A stretch of DNA of 64,000 nucleotides from an uncultured Bacilli bacterium (GTDB lineage Bacteria > Bacillota_I > Bacilli_A > RF39 > UBA660), in contig CAKOXL010000001.1 of NCBI GenBank assembly GCA_934130105.1, forward strand, positions 3,431 through 67,430, written 5' to 3'. Shown one piece after another: positions 40,308 through 50,537 of the stretch. A program made the position numbers and the translations under genes. The notes under the pieces were generated by a model that was not told where the DNA came from, ran no database searches, and saw only the letters and a program-made list of their open reading frames with translations. Positions within the stretch are counted from its first letter, which is position 1. Each line of letters opens with the position of its first letter.

Positions 40308-42029
40308 ATGAAAAGAAAAAAAGATTTAATAATCTACATATTTATAATTATTATAATTGTTTTGGTATCTAGCTATCTTATACTTCAAAATAAAAATAAA
40401 AAAGAAACAGTTAATTCAACTAGTGATATAGATACAACAGTTGATATAGATAATGATTATGAATCTATTAGTTGGGATAATTATCAAAATAGTGATATTA
40501 CTCTAACTAATAGTATGACTATAACTAGTGGTGGTATTTATACTTTAACAGGTACTATTAGTGACGGCATGATTACAATAGATACAAAAGACTACGTAAA
40601 ACTTATATTAAATAATGTTAGTATAACTAATTCTAATGGTCCAGCTATCTACGTTAAAAATGCTAAAACGGTATTAATTTATTTGAATGAAGGTACTGTT
40701 AATTATCTAGAAGATTCTTCTACTTACTCTAGTGATTATGCTGATATTGATGCAACACTATACAGTAAAGATGATTTAATTTTTGATGGTACCGGAACCT
40801 TAAGTGTAAAATCTAATTATAAAGATGCTATAACGTCAAAAGACGATTTAAAAATAATTAATGGTACTTACATTATTAATTCAGAAGATGACGGTATTAA
40901 AGGAAAAGATTCAGTATATATTGTAGATGGTAAATTTTCTATAACATCAAAAGGTGATGGTATCAAATCAACTAATGAAACTAACACAAGTAAAGGTTAT
41001 ATCTTAATAGAAAATGGAGATTTTAATATAAATGCTACCTTAGATGGTATCCAAGCAGAAACTAAATTACTTATTAAGAATGGAAGTTATAATATAATAA
41101 CTGGGAATGGAAGTACCAATAATAGTAAAAAAGATACTTGGGGAAATTGGGGCAGTAAAACAAATACTGATAGTAAAAGTGCTAAAGGTTTAAAAGCAGG
41201 ATTAAGTATCGTAATTGAAGATGGAAATTTTACTTTAAACACATCAGATGATTCAATCCATTCTAATTCTTATATTGGTATCAAAGGTGGAGAATATCAA
41301 ATTTCATCAGGTGATGATGGGATACATGCTGATACTTCAATTATTATAGATGATGGCTTAATTAATATAACAGAAAGTTATGAAGGAATAGAAGCTGCTA
41401 AAATCACTATAAATAACGGTACAATAAAAGTTGTATCAAGTGATGACGGTATCAACGTAGCAGGTGGAAGCGATTCTTCAAGTATGAATAGACCTGGTGC
41501 CAATAACTATACTAATAATACTGATAACATTTTAACTATAAATGATGGTAATATCTATGTTAATGCAAGTGGTGACGGTATTGATATAAACGGAAGTGGT
41601 TATATTTATGGTGGTACTATTATAGTAGATGGACCAACTAGTAATGGTGATGGTGCGCTTGATTACGATAATGAACTAATTGTAAGTGGTGGAACATTAA
41701 TAGCAGCAGGATCAAGTGGAATGGCTCAATCAATTAGCTCAAGTTCAACTAGGTACGGTGTATTAATTAACTTTAATAATACTTATAGTGCTTTAACAGA
41801 AGTAGCAATATTAGATAAAGATGGAAATACGGTTATTTCATATGCACCAAATAAAAGTTATTCATCAATCGTTTTCTCAACTGATAAATTCGTAAAATCA
41901 GAAACATATACAATAAAAGTTGATGGTACTACATATACAAACTTCACTATTTCATCAACTTCAACCACTGTTGGTAATAGCATGATGAATGGAAATGGTG
42001 GTGCTAACCATGGCGGTGGTAGAAGATAG
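40308..42029 (+). CDS. membrane-anchored right-handed beta-helix (carbohydrate-binding-like) surface protein
   Basis: N-terminal TM anchor, then ~20 degenerate repeats of the G(D/T)G(I/T)... / SxDDGI(K/H) type typical of parallel beta-helix proteins; Gly/Asn-rich C-terminus. Confidence 0.5.
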   Translation: MKRKKDLIIYIFIIIIIVLVSSYLILQNKNKKETVNSTSDIDTTVDIDNDYESISWDNYQNSDITLTNSMTITSGGIYTLTGTISDGMITIDTKDYVKLILNNVSITNSNGPAIYVKNAKTVLIYLNEGTVNYLEDSSTYSSDYADIDATLYSKDDLIFDGTGTLSVKSNYKDAITSKDDLKIINGTYIINSEDDGIKGKDSVYIVDGKFSITSKGDGIKSTNETNTSKGYILIENGDFNINATLDGIQAETKLLIKNGSYNIITGNGSTNNSKKDTWGNWGSKTNTDSKSAKGLKAGLSIVIEDGNFTLNTSDDSIHSNSYIGIKGGEYQISSGDDGIHADTSIIIDDGLINITESYEGIEAAKITINNGTIKVVSSDDGINVAGGSDSSSMNRPGANNYTNNTDNILTINDGNIYVNASGDGIDINGSGYIYGGTIIVDGPTSNGDGALDYDNELIVSGGTLIAAGSSGMAQSISSSSTRYGVLINFNNTYSALTEVAILDKDGNTVISYAPNKSYSSIVFSTDKFVKSETYTIKVDGTTYTNFTISSTSTTVGNSMMNGNGGANHGGGRR

Positions 42030-42135
42030 AATATGTAAAAATATGTAAATAAGTTTAATTAGTTATCAAATTTATCATTTATTATAGTATAATAAAACTA
42101 AATAAAGTAGATAATAAAAGAGAAAGGATGATAAC

Positions 42136-42291
42136 ATGGAAGAAAAGAAAATAGTAGAAGAACAAAAAGAATCAACACTAGAAAATGATAAAGGTTTTTC
42201 TATAATGTATAATCTTACAATGGTAAGTGCTGTTGCTACTGTTGCAATGTTTGTAATAGGAACAGCCTTATACTTAACAGTTGTTGGATAA
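42136..42291 (+). CDS. unannotated 51-aa small membrane protein
   Basis: ATG with RBS aaagga; MEEKKIVEEQKESTLENDKGFSIMYNLTMVSAVATVAMFVIGTALYLTVVG. Followed by a terminator at 42303..42331. Confidence 0.3.
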   Translation: MEEKKIVEEQKESTLENDKGFSIMYNLTMVSAVATVAMFVIGTALYLTVVG

Positions 42292-42302
42292 TATCATCCA
42301 CT

Positions 42303-42331
42303 AGAATCAGTTTTAGCTGATTCTTTTTTTC
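42303..42331 (+). terminator. rho-independent terminator
   Basis: agaatcag-tttta-gctgattct hairpin plus T7. Confidence 0.6.
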
Positions 42332-42407
42332 TTTTAATTTGTTTAAAATTCTCTGTTTTCAAAGAAATAAATATGTGCTAAAATAATTGATGGAAAAAGG
42401 TGATATT

Positions 42408-43160
42408 ATGTTTTTTTTGATAGATAGTTTATATGCAAGTAGTACTGATAACAAAGAAATCTTAAAGAATTTCTCTCTAACAATAAATGAAGGTGAAGTT
42501 CATGCCATAATGGGACCTAATGGTACTGGTAAAAGTACCTTATCAAAAGTAATTATGGGAAGTAAAGATTACGTAGTTACTAAAGGTGATATTTTAGTAA
42601 ATAATGAAAGTATATTAAAACTAAATACTACTGAAAGAAGTAGAAAAGGAATATTTTTAGCTATGCAGTCACCTATTAGTATAGATGGTGTTACAAATAG
42701 TGAATTTTTAAGAGTAGCCTTATCAAGTAAATTAGATAAACAAGTCTCAATATATGAATTTATAAAACAAATGGAAAAAGCAATGAGTGATTTAAAAATG
42801 GATCCTAATATGATGCATAGATCAATAAATCAAGATTTTTCTGGTGGCGAAAGAAAGAAAAATGAAATATTGCAGATGAAAATATTAAAACCAAATTTAA
42901 TAATTTTAGATGAACTTGATTCAGGACTTGATGTTGATAGCCTTAAAATAGCTTGTGATAATATTAATGATTATCTAAAAGAAAATCCTCATGCTTCAGT
43001 ATTAATCATTACTCATTATACAAGAATCCTTGACTATATTAAGCCAAATTATGTTCACATCATGAAAGATGGCAAAATAGTAAAAACAGGTGATTTTATG
43101 CTAGCTAAGGAAATAGAAGAAAAAGGATTTAGTTGTGTGAATGAAATAATTAGGGGGTAA
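42408..43160 (+). CDS. sufC: Fe-S cluster assembly ATPase SufC
   Basis: Walker A GPNGTGKST, signature FSGGERKK, Walker B ILDELDSGLD. Start at the internal ATG with RBS aaaggtga; the ORF track starts at 42387. Confidence 0.85.
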   Translation: MFFLIDSLYASSTDNKEILKNFSLTINEGEVHAIMGPNGTGKSTLSKVIMGSKDYVVTKGDILVNNESILKLNTTERSRKGIFLAMQSPISIDGVTNSEFLRVALSSKLDKQVSIYEFIKQMEKAMSDLKMDPNMMHRSINQDFSGGERKKNEILQMKILKPNLIILDELDSGLDVDSLKIACDNINDYLKENPHASVLIITHYTRILDYIKPNYVHIMKDGKIVKTGDFMLAKEIEEKGFSCVNEIIRG

Positions 43161-43165
43161 AACTA

Positions 43166-43897
43166 ATGAATAAAATATTAGTGGAGAGTGATAATACTGT
43201 TTTAAACAAAGAAAAGTATGAATTTACAAAAGATGATACACTATATTTAGATGTTTCACCATCTTTAAAAAAAGTAGATCTTGTAGTACTAGAAAATGTT
43301 AAAATGGTAATTAATTTGCTCGGAAAAACTGTTAATACTTGCATAAACATACATATACATAAAAATGCAAGTTTAACTCTTAATTATTTATTATTAGATT
43401 CTAACAGTAATGTTAAAATAGACTTAGATGAAGAAAAATCTGAGTTTATCCTTAATTACAGTGTCTTAAGTAATGTAAATAGTCATAACCAAATTATAGT
43501 AAACCACAATGCATCTAAAACAACAGCAGTACTTAAAAATCATGCCTTTAGTAAAAATTGTGCTAATATAATACTTGATGTATCAGCATATATTGGTAAA
43601 AAAATGAGTAAATGTATAAGTAAACAAGATAATCAAATTATAGAAAATGAAAATAGTTTATCGCAAATTAATCCTAATTTATATATTGAAAACTATGATA
43701 TAGATGCAAGTCATGCAGCATATGTAGGTGAATTTAAGGAAGCTGAATTATTTTACTTAATGAGTAGGGGATTAACCGAAGAATCTAGTAAATTATTACT
43801 ATTAAAATCATTTTTAATAGGTGGTTTCAACTTAGATGAAAATAAACAAGAAGAATATTATCAGGAGGTTATAAAATATCTTAACAAGGAGGTGTAA
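43166..43897 (+). CDS. sufD: SufD-like Fe-S assembly protein (short form)
   Basis: Position between sufC and sufS; C-terminal AAHAAYVGEF...LFYLMSRGL motif shared with SufB/SufD. At 243 aa it is shorter than typical SufD. Confidence 0.6.
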   Translation: MNKILVESDNTVLNKEKYEFTKDDTLYLDVSPSLKKVDLVVLENVKMVINLLGKTVNTCINIHIHKNASLTLNYLLLDSNSNVKIDLDEEKSEFILNYSVLSNVNSHNQIIVNHNASKTTAVLKNHAFSKNCANIILDVSAYIGKKMSKCISKQDNQIIENENSLSQINPNLYIENYDIDASHAAYVGEFKEAELFYLMSRGLTEESSKLLLLKSFLIGGFNLDENKQEEYYQEVIKYLNKEV

Positions 43898-43899
43898 TA

Positions 43900-45093
43900 A
43901 TGCATAGAGAGGATTTCCCTATTTTAAAACAAGACCTTATTTATTTTGATAACGGTGCAACAACATTAAAACCTCAAGTAGTCGTTGATAGTATAGTTGA
44001 TTACTACACAAATTATACTGCTAATGCTCATAGAGGTGATTATGATAATAGCTTAAAAGTAGATATCAAATATGAAGAAGTAAGAACTAAAGTAAAAAAT
44101 TTAATTAACTGTAATACCGAAAAAGAAGTAGTTTTTACAAGTGGTGCAACTGATTCTTTAAATAAAATAGTCTTTGGGTATATGAAATATAATCTTACTG
44201 CTGGTGATGAAGTATTAATTACTAAAGCTGAACATGCATCTAATGTCTTACCATGGTTGGAATTAGAAAAACAAATGGGTATAAAAGTTAAATATATTCC
44301 TCTTGAAAATCATTTAGTAACACTAGAAAATGTTATCAATAGTATTACTGATAAAACAAGAGTTATTTCAATAGCGCATGTTACTAATGTTTTAGGTGAT
44401 ACAAGACCAGTTGAAGAAATTGGCAAGTTATGTCAAGAAAAAAATATTATATTTGTAGTTGATGGTGCTCAAAGTGTTCCTCACATGAGGGTAGATGTAA
44501 AAAAATTAAATATTGATTTTCTTGCTTTCTCAGCTCACAAAATGTTAGGACCTACTGGCGTTGGGGTTTTATATGGCAAGCTTGATTTATTAGAAAATAT
44601 GAAGCCAACTTCTGTTGGTGGTGGCATGAATGCAACTTTTTCATCTGATGGCGAATTTGAATATAAAGATTTACCATCAAGACTAGAAGCAGGTACTCCC
44701 AATATTGCTGGTGTAATCGGAATGGGTGCTGCTATTGATTATCTAGAAAGTATTGGAATTGATAATATTACGAATCATGAAAGACATCTGAAAAAATACT
44801 TTTTAGATAAAATTTCAAACATGAAAGAAATAATTGTATATAATAAGGATATTGAAGGAAGCTTGATTGCTTTTAATATAGATGGTATTTTTAGTCAAGA
44901 TACTGCTGTTTATTTAAATCATTACCATATATGTGTAAGGGCAGGTAATCATTGTGCTAAAATATTAAAAGAAGATTTACTTGTTAAAAATACCTGTCGT
45001 ATAAGTTTTTATCTATATAATAATGAAGAAGAAATAGATAAATTAGTAGAAGTATTAAAAAATTCAAAAGAAATATTTAAAGTTATTTTATAG
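43900..45093 (+). CDS. sufS: cysteine desulfurase SufS (class V aminotransferase)
   Basis: PLP Lys motif FSAHKMLGPTGVG, active-site Cys loop RAGNHCA. Confidence 0.85.
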   Translation: MHREDFPILKQDLIYFDNGATTLKPQVVVDSIVDYYTNYTANAHRGDYDNSLKVDIKYEEVRTKVKNLINCNTEKEVVFTSGATDSLNKIVFGYMKYNLTAGDEVLITKAEHASNVLPWLELEKQMGIKVKYIPLENHLVTLENVINSITDKTRVISIAHVTNVLGDTRPVEEIGKLCQEKNIIFVVDGAQSVPHMRVDVKKLNIDFLAFSAHKMLGPTGVGVLYGKLDLLENMKPTSVGGGMNATFSSDGEFEYKDLPSRLEAGTPNIAGVIGMGAAIDYLESIGIDNITNHERHLKKYFLDKISNMKEIIVYNKDIEGSLIAFNIDGIFSQDTAVYLNHYHICVRAGNHCAKILKEDLLVKNTCRISFYLYNNEEEIDKLVEVLKNSKEIFKVIL

Positions 45094-45112
45094 AAGTAAG
45101 GATAGTGAAAAA

Positions 45113-45532
45113 ATGGATCCAGTATTAAAAAGAGAAATTATGATAGATAATTATGAAAATCCTATGAATAAAAAGTTAGTTGATGATGATAGTTATATTA
45201 AGATAAACACAAATAATGAAAGTTGTATTGATAATTTAGACATCATGTATAAGATTGAAGATGGAAAATTAGTTGATATATGTTTTGATGGAGAGGCTTG
45301 TGCTATATCAACTAGTGCTACTAGTATAATGATTAAATCTTTAATTGGAAAAACAAAAGAAGAAATTTTAAAAATATTAGAAAACTATGAAAATATGATT
45401 AATGAGAAAGAGTATGATAGTAGTGTTTTAGGAGAGTTAAATGTATATAACGAAATATATAGACAACCAAACCGTAAAAAATGTGCTCTTCTTCCCTTTG
45501 AATCATTAAAAAAGATAATAGATAAAATATAG
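45113..45532 (+). CDS. sufU: SUF-system scaffold/sulfur-transfer protein SufU
   Basis: NifU-like N-terminal domain with a conserved Cys (GEACAIS). Confidence 0.7.
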   Translation: MDPVLKREIMIDNYENPMNKKLVDDDSYIKINTNNESCIDNLDIMYKIEDGKLVDICFDGEACAISTSATSIMIKSLIGKTKEEILKILENYENMINEKEYDSSVLGELNVYNEIYRQPNRKKCALLPFESLKKIIDKI

Positions 45533-45545
45533 TTAGGAGCTAATT

Positions 45546-45986
45546 ATGGAGAATGTTAATATCTTAAATCAAGGATTATTGAATCAAAAAGAAAAACTTA
45601 GTGATTATGAATTTTTGAGATTATTTTTTGCGTGTTTATATACTAAAAATAAACCATATTTTGATGCTAGTACTTTAAAATATGATCTATATCCATTTAA
45701 AGAAATGGATGAATATAAAGACTTACTCCAAGATATTAGTGTTTTGCACGAAGAAAAAGGCAATTGCCTAGATATAGAAGCTACTTTAAAAAAGATGACT
45801 ATTTTGGGACTAATAAATGTACAGGATAATATTAATAGTCATAAGTCAATGGTATTAATGGATGATATATATTCTTGGATGGTTACATCAGAATATGATG
45901 TTATTTTATGTGATAGAATGTATAATTTAGTCAATGCTTTTTTAAGTAGTAAAGAAATGGATGAACAAGTAACATCACATAGATAA
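45546..45986 (+). CDS. hypothetical protein inserted between sufU and sufB
   Basis: 146-aa ORF with RBS taggagc; no recognisable motif. Confidence 0.4.
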   Translation: MENVNILNQGLLNQKEKLSDYEFLRLFFACLYTKNKPYFDASTLKYDLYPFKEMDEYKDLLQDISVLHEEKGNCLDIEATLKKMTILGLINVQDNINSHKSMVLMDDIYSWMVTSEYDVILCDRMYNLVNAFLSSKEMDEQVTSHR

Positions 45987-46008
45987 ATTAATAAATAAAG
46001 AAAGAAAA

Positions 46009-47331
46009 GTGGTGATTTTTTTGGAAATCATAGGACTTAACCAAGAAAAAATAAAAAAAATATCAGAAATAAAAAAGGAAGATAGTTGGGTACTTGATTA
46101 TCGTTTAAAGAGTTATGAACTTTTTGAAAAAGCAGATGAACCTAATTTTGGGCCAAAAGCTAATATTGATTTTGATAAAGTAATTTATTATAAAACAAAT
46201 GACGATAATACAATTAAAAATAATTGGAATGACATTAGTTGCAGTATCCGTGATGAACTTGATTCCGTTGGGGTACTTGAAAGTGAAAAACATTTAGATG
46301 GTATGGGGGTTCAATATGAAAGTGAAGTAATATACCATAATATGCTTGATGAACTAACAAAGAAAAATGTTATTTTTACATCAATTGAAGAAGGGCTTAA
46401 AAAGTACCCAGATATTGCTAGAAAGTATTTTGGTAAAATTGTATCAAATGCTGATAATAAATATGCTAGTTTAAATAGTAGTGTTTTTAGTGGAGGTAGC
46501 TTTATTTATATTCCACCTCATACTGAACTTGATAGACCACTACAAAGTTATTTTAGAATTAACAGTCGTAGTATGGGTCAATTTGAAAGAACATTGATTA
46601 TTGTAGATGATGATAGTAGTTTACATTATATCGAAGGATGTACTGCGCCTAATTATAGTGAATCTAGTTTACATGCAGCAGTTGTTGAAATTTATGTTGG
46701 TAAAGGTAGCAAATGTCGTTATAGTACGATTCAAAATTGGGCTACTAATGTTAATAATTTAGTTACAAAAAGAGCCCTTGTTGATACTGATGGTGTAATG
46801 GAATGGATTGATGGTAATATTGGTAGTAATGTAACTATGAAGTATCCTGCTTGTATTTTAAAAGGTGATAGAGCAGAAGGTACTTGTATTACGATTAGTG
46901 TAGCTACTAACAACCAAGAACAAGATACAGGCGCTAGAATGATACACATTGGTAAAAATACTAAGAGTACTATTATTTCTAAAAGTATTGCAAGAAATGG
47001 TGGAAATGCTACTTATCGTGGTAAGGTTGATATTAAGGAAAGTGCTACTAACAGTAGTAGTATGGTAAAATGTGATACTTTAATACTGGATGATATTTCT
47101 AAAAGTGATACGATTCCTGTTAATATCTGTAGGAATAATTCTAGTAATATTGAACATGAAGCAACTGTTTCTAAGATAAGTGATGATAAATTATTTTATA
47201 TGATGTCAAGAGGTCTTGATGAAGAAAAAGCAACAGAACTTATTATTTTAGGCTTTATCGAAAGATTCAGAGAAGAATTGCCAATGGAATATGCAGTTGA
47301 GCTAAACCAACTTTTAAAAAGAAATTTATAA
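46009..47331 (+). CDS. sufB: Fe-S cluster assembly protein SufB
   Basis: WVLDYRLKSYELF..., conserved SufB core and C-terminal LFYMMSRGL; GTG start. Confidence 0.85.
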   Translation: MVIFLEIIGLNQEKIKKISEIKKEDSWVLDYRLKSYELFEKADEPNFGPKANIDFDKVIYYKTNDDNTIKNNWNDISCSIRDELDSVGVLESEKHLDGMGVQYESEVIYHNMLDELTKKNVIFTSIEEGLKKYPDIARKYFGKIVSNADNKYASLNSSVFSGGSFIYIPPHTELDRPLQSYFRINSRSMGQFERTLIIVDDDSSLHYIEGCTAPNYSESSLHAAVVEIYVGKGSKCRYSTIQNWATNVNNLVTKRALVDTDGVMEWIDGNIGSNVTMKYPACILKGDRAEGTCITISVATNNQEQDTGARMIHIGKNTKSTIISKSIARNGGNATYRGKVDIKESATNSSSMVKCDTLILDDISKSDTIPVNICRNNSSNIEHEATVSKISDDKLFYMMSRGLDEEKATELIILGFIERFREELPMEYAVELNQLLKRNL

Positions 47332-47373
47332 AAATTATAAACTAGTTTTTTAATTACTATTTATGATACTAAA

Positions 47374-47408
47374 AAAGAAAATTCACTTAAGGAATTTTCT
47401 TTTTTTTA
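47374..47408 (+). terminator. rho-independent terminator after sufB
   Basis: gaaaattc/gaattttc hairpin plus T8. Confidence 0.6.
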
Positions 47409-47494
47409 ATTTTATTATATTATAATTTATGTTTTTAACAATTTGCAGATATAAATTATTTGAGTATTATAGTCACCATGAAAGGAGGAATATT

Positions 47495-47833
47495 ATGTTA
47501 AACCAAATTGTTTTAGTAGGAAGACTAGTAAAAAAACCAGAATTAAAAGAATCAGAGAATAAGAAAAAATATACATTTGTAACTCTTGCAGTACCTAGAA
47601 GTTTTAAAAATGTTAATGGAACATATGATACTGATTTTATTGATTGCGCTCTTTGGGATAATGTAGCTGTAAGTACAGTTGAATATTGTAATAAGGGTGA
47701 TATTATTGGAATCCGTGGAAGAGTTCAAACTAGAGTAGTGGAAAAAGATGAAAATAAGAGCTATCTTCTTGAAATAATTGCCGAAAAAGTTACCTTTATA
47801 AACAGTAAAAAAGAAGAAAAAGAATTACTATAA
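47495..47833 (+). CDS. ssb: single-stranded DNA-binding protein (short, no acidic tail)
   Basis: MLNQIVLVGRLVKKPEL... OB-fold SSB N-terminus with RBS gaaaggagg; 112 aa. Confidence 0.6.
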   Translation: MLNQIVLVGRLVKKPELKESENKKKYTFVTLAVPRSFKNVNGTYDTDFIDCALWDNVAVSTVEYCNKGDIIGIRGRVQTRVVEKDENKSYLLEIIAEKVTFINSKKEEKELL

Positions 47834-47957
47834 AACAAGTAATTAACCAACTTTATATTAATAAAATGATTAACTAGTTCCTAATTAGTTAACTTGCCTC
47901 ATAATTCGACAGGTTTTAAATATAATGAACCTATATCATGGACTATGAGGTGTTAAT

Positions 47958-48314
47958 ATGTTTTTATTTAGTAAAAGATTAAAGGAATTAAGAAAGCAAA
48001 ATGGTTATACTCAACAACAGTTAGGCAATATGGTTGGTGTTACTAAAGTTAGTATTTGTTGCTATGAAAATGGTACAAGAACTCCAACTTTGGATACTTT
48101 AGTTGATTTAGCAAACTGTTTGAAAACGGATTTACCATACCTCTTAGGTTCAGAGTGTTTTGTTGTTTCTGAAGATGACAATAAATGTACAATAAATTTA
48201 GCTAGCAATGAAATTGAGTTAATTAGAGAACTACGTATGCATACTAAATTATATGAACAATTTTTGCGTGATCCTAAAAGAACAATGGACTATTTTGAAA
48301 ACAAAATGAGATAA
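47958..48314 (+). CDS. XRE-family HTH transcriptional regulator
   Basis: LRKQNGYTQQQLGNMVGVTKVSICCYENGTRTP HTH. Confidence 0.6.
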   Translation: MFLFSKRLKELRKQNGYTQQQLGNMVGVTKVSICCYENGTRTPTLDTLVDLANCLKTDLPYLLGSECFVVSEDDNKCTINLASNEIELIRELRMHTKLYEQFLRDPKRTMDYFENKMR

Positions 48315-48317
48315 AAG

Positions 48318-48349
48318 ACTGTTATAGTTACTTTATAACAGTTTTTTTA
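48318..48349 (+). terminator. rho-independent terminator
   Basis: ctgttata/tataacag hairpin plus T7. Confidence 0.6.
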
Positions 48350-48613
48350 TATCATCTATTAGCTAACATTTAAGTGAATGTAACACATAGTACTATAGAA
48401 AAATATATATTGATAGCAGCTTAAAACATAAATTTTAAAAGAGGAATAATTAATAATATTGTAAATATAAGATAGTATTTTTAGAATACATAAACAAGTA
48501 AATATTATATATTTCCATACTTTTACATAAAAATAAAAATTAGAAAATATTTATAATAAGTAGTTATTTTTAATTCTTTTTGGTATAATGTATACAGAAT
48601 AGAGGGAGTGTAT

Positions 48614-49879
48614 ATGTCAATAGTAGATATTATTAATAAAAAAAGACTTGGTAATTCACTGTCTAAAAGTGAGTTAGAAGATGCTTTTTTAGGTTACTAT
48701 CATGGTGATGTGACTGATTATCAAATGAGCAGTTTATTAATGGCAATCTGTTTAAAAGGAATGAATGATGAAGAAATAATAGATCTTACAGATATCTTTA
48801 TTCATAGTGGTGATATCTTAGATTTAAGTTGTGTAGATGGTATTACAGTTGACAAACATTCAACAGGTGGCGTAGGCGATAAAACGACACTAGTTGTAGC
48901 ATCGATTGTGTCATCTTTAGGAATTAAATTTCCTAAAATGAGTGGTAGAGGGCTAGGACATACTGGTGGTACAATCGATAAATTAGAAAGCATCCCAGGA
49001 TTTCGTGTTAATCTAACAGAAGAAGAATTTATAAAACAGTTAAATGAAGTAGGTGCTGCCATAATTAGTCAAACTAAGAATCTTGCTCCACTTGATAAAA
49101 AAGTATATGCACTACGTGATGTAACAGGTACAGTTGAATCAATCCCATTAATTGCAACCAGCATTATGAGTAAAAAGATAGCTAGTGGTGCAGATAAGAT
49201 CATGATTGATGTCAAAGTTGGAACTGGTGCCTTATTAAAAACTAAAGATGATGCGATAGAAATATCTAGAATTATGAAACTAATTGGTAGCCATTATGGT
49301 AAGGAAGTAGAGACAATGATTACTTATATGGATATTCCATTAGGTACATCAATTGGAAATGCTTTAGAAATATTAGAAGTAGTCAAAATATTATGTAATG
49401 AGGAAAATAATTATTTAGTAGCACTTTGTAAAGCTTTATCTAGTAAATTAGTTCAACTAGCACTAGGCAAAACTATTAATCAAGCAAATGATATGGTTGA
49501 GGATAGTCTAAAAACAGGAAAAGCCTATGCTAAATTCTTAGAAATAGTAAAAGCCCAAGGTGGAGATTTAAGTGGTTTAAGAGTAAGTAAAAACACACAA
49601 GACATTCATTCAACAAAAAGTGGCCATGTAATAGATATGGATGCATACCGTTTTGGAAAATTATCACTTGATTTAGGTGGTGGACGAAAAACAAAAGAAG
49701 ATAAAATTGATTCTAGTGTAGGAATCGTCCTTAAAAAGAAAATTGGTGATGATGTTCAAATTGGTGATGTATTATGTACACTCTACTTAAAAGAAGGTAG
49801 TGATAAAATACAAGAAGACTTAACTGACTATTATACCTTTACTACTGGTGAAGAAGAAACAAAAATAGAAGTATTATAG
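48614..49879 (+). CDS. pdp: pyrimidine-nucleoside phosphorylase
   Basis: HSTGGVGDKTTL and SGRGLGHTGGTIDKLESIPGF motifs; RBS gagggag. Confidence 0.85.
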   Translation: MSIVDIINKKRLGNSLSKSELEDAFLGYYHGDVTDYQMSSLLMAICLKGMNDEEIIDLTDIFIHSGDILDLSCVDGITVDKHSTGGVGDKTTLVVASIVSSLGIKFPKMSGRGLGHTGGTIDKLESIPGFRVNLTEEEFIKQLNEVGAAIISQTKNLAPLDKKVYALRDVTGTVESIPLIATSIMSKKIASGADKIMIDVKVGTGALLKTKDDAIEISRIMKLIGSHYGKEVETMITYMDIPLGTSIGNALEILEVVKILCNEENNYLVALCKALSSKLVQLALGKTINQANDMVEDSLKTGKAYAKFLEIVKAQGGDLSGLRVSKNTQDIHSTKSGHVIDMDAYRFGKLSLDLGGGRKTKEDKIDSSVGIVLKKKIGDDVQIGDVLCTLYLKEGSDKIQEDLTDYYTFTTGEEETKIEVL

Positions 49880-50028
49880 GAGGCAATATGTTATATTTAA
49901 TAGTTTTATTTATTTTGTTATTTAATTATGCTGTTTTTAAAATTTCATCAAAATGCTCAAGATGGGAAGAAAGTTATATTATAAAAGAAGAAAATGAAAA
50001 ACAAGATTAGTTTTAGTGGTGAAAATTT

Positions 50029-50514
50029 ATGAAGATTTCTATTGGCAATTTATGTATTAGTGATTATAGTGCGTCTGATTTAAACAAGGTTAGATTTGCA
50101 AGACAATTAGCTAATGATTTATCTATTAATAAATTTGTATCATCTTGTATAGATGAGTTTTTAGAAGATTCAGAAAACGATTCTAAATTATATGTTGGTC
50201 CAGCCTATATAGTTGAAGATAATGATACTCCAGTTGGTTTTATAAGAATGAATTCATTAAGTAGTGGCAAATTAGATTTACACTATGGTGTTCATCCAGA
50301 ATATAGAAATAAAGGATATGGAACAAAAATACTAATTCAGATGTCATCATATATCTTTAAAACAATGTCACATGTAGAAAAGATACAGTTATATATTGCT
50401 AATATTAATTACGGAAGTATAAATTGTGCCAAAAAAGCAGGTTTTCATCGTGAAGATATAATAGTAACACCAAAATATGTAATGGATGTTTATGAAAAAG
50501 AAAGAAAACTTTAA
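50029..50514 (+). CDS. GNAT-family N-acetyltransferase
   Basis: HPEYRNKGYGTKIL acetyl-CoA-binding motif. Confidence 0.6.
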   Translation: MKISIGNLCISDYSASDLNKVRFARQLANDLSINKFVSSCIDEFLEDSENDSKLYVGPAYIVEDNDTPVGFIRMNSLSSGKLDLHYGVHPEYRNKGYGTKILIQMSSYIFKTMSHVEKIQLYIANINYGSINCAKKAGFHREDIIVTPKYVMDVYEKERKL

Positions 50515-50537
50515 ACTATTTTAAAAGATTTTTAGAG

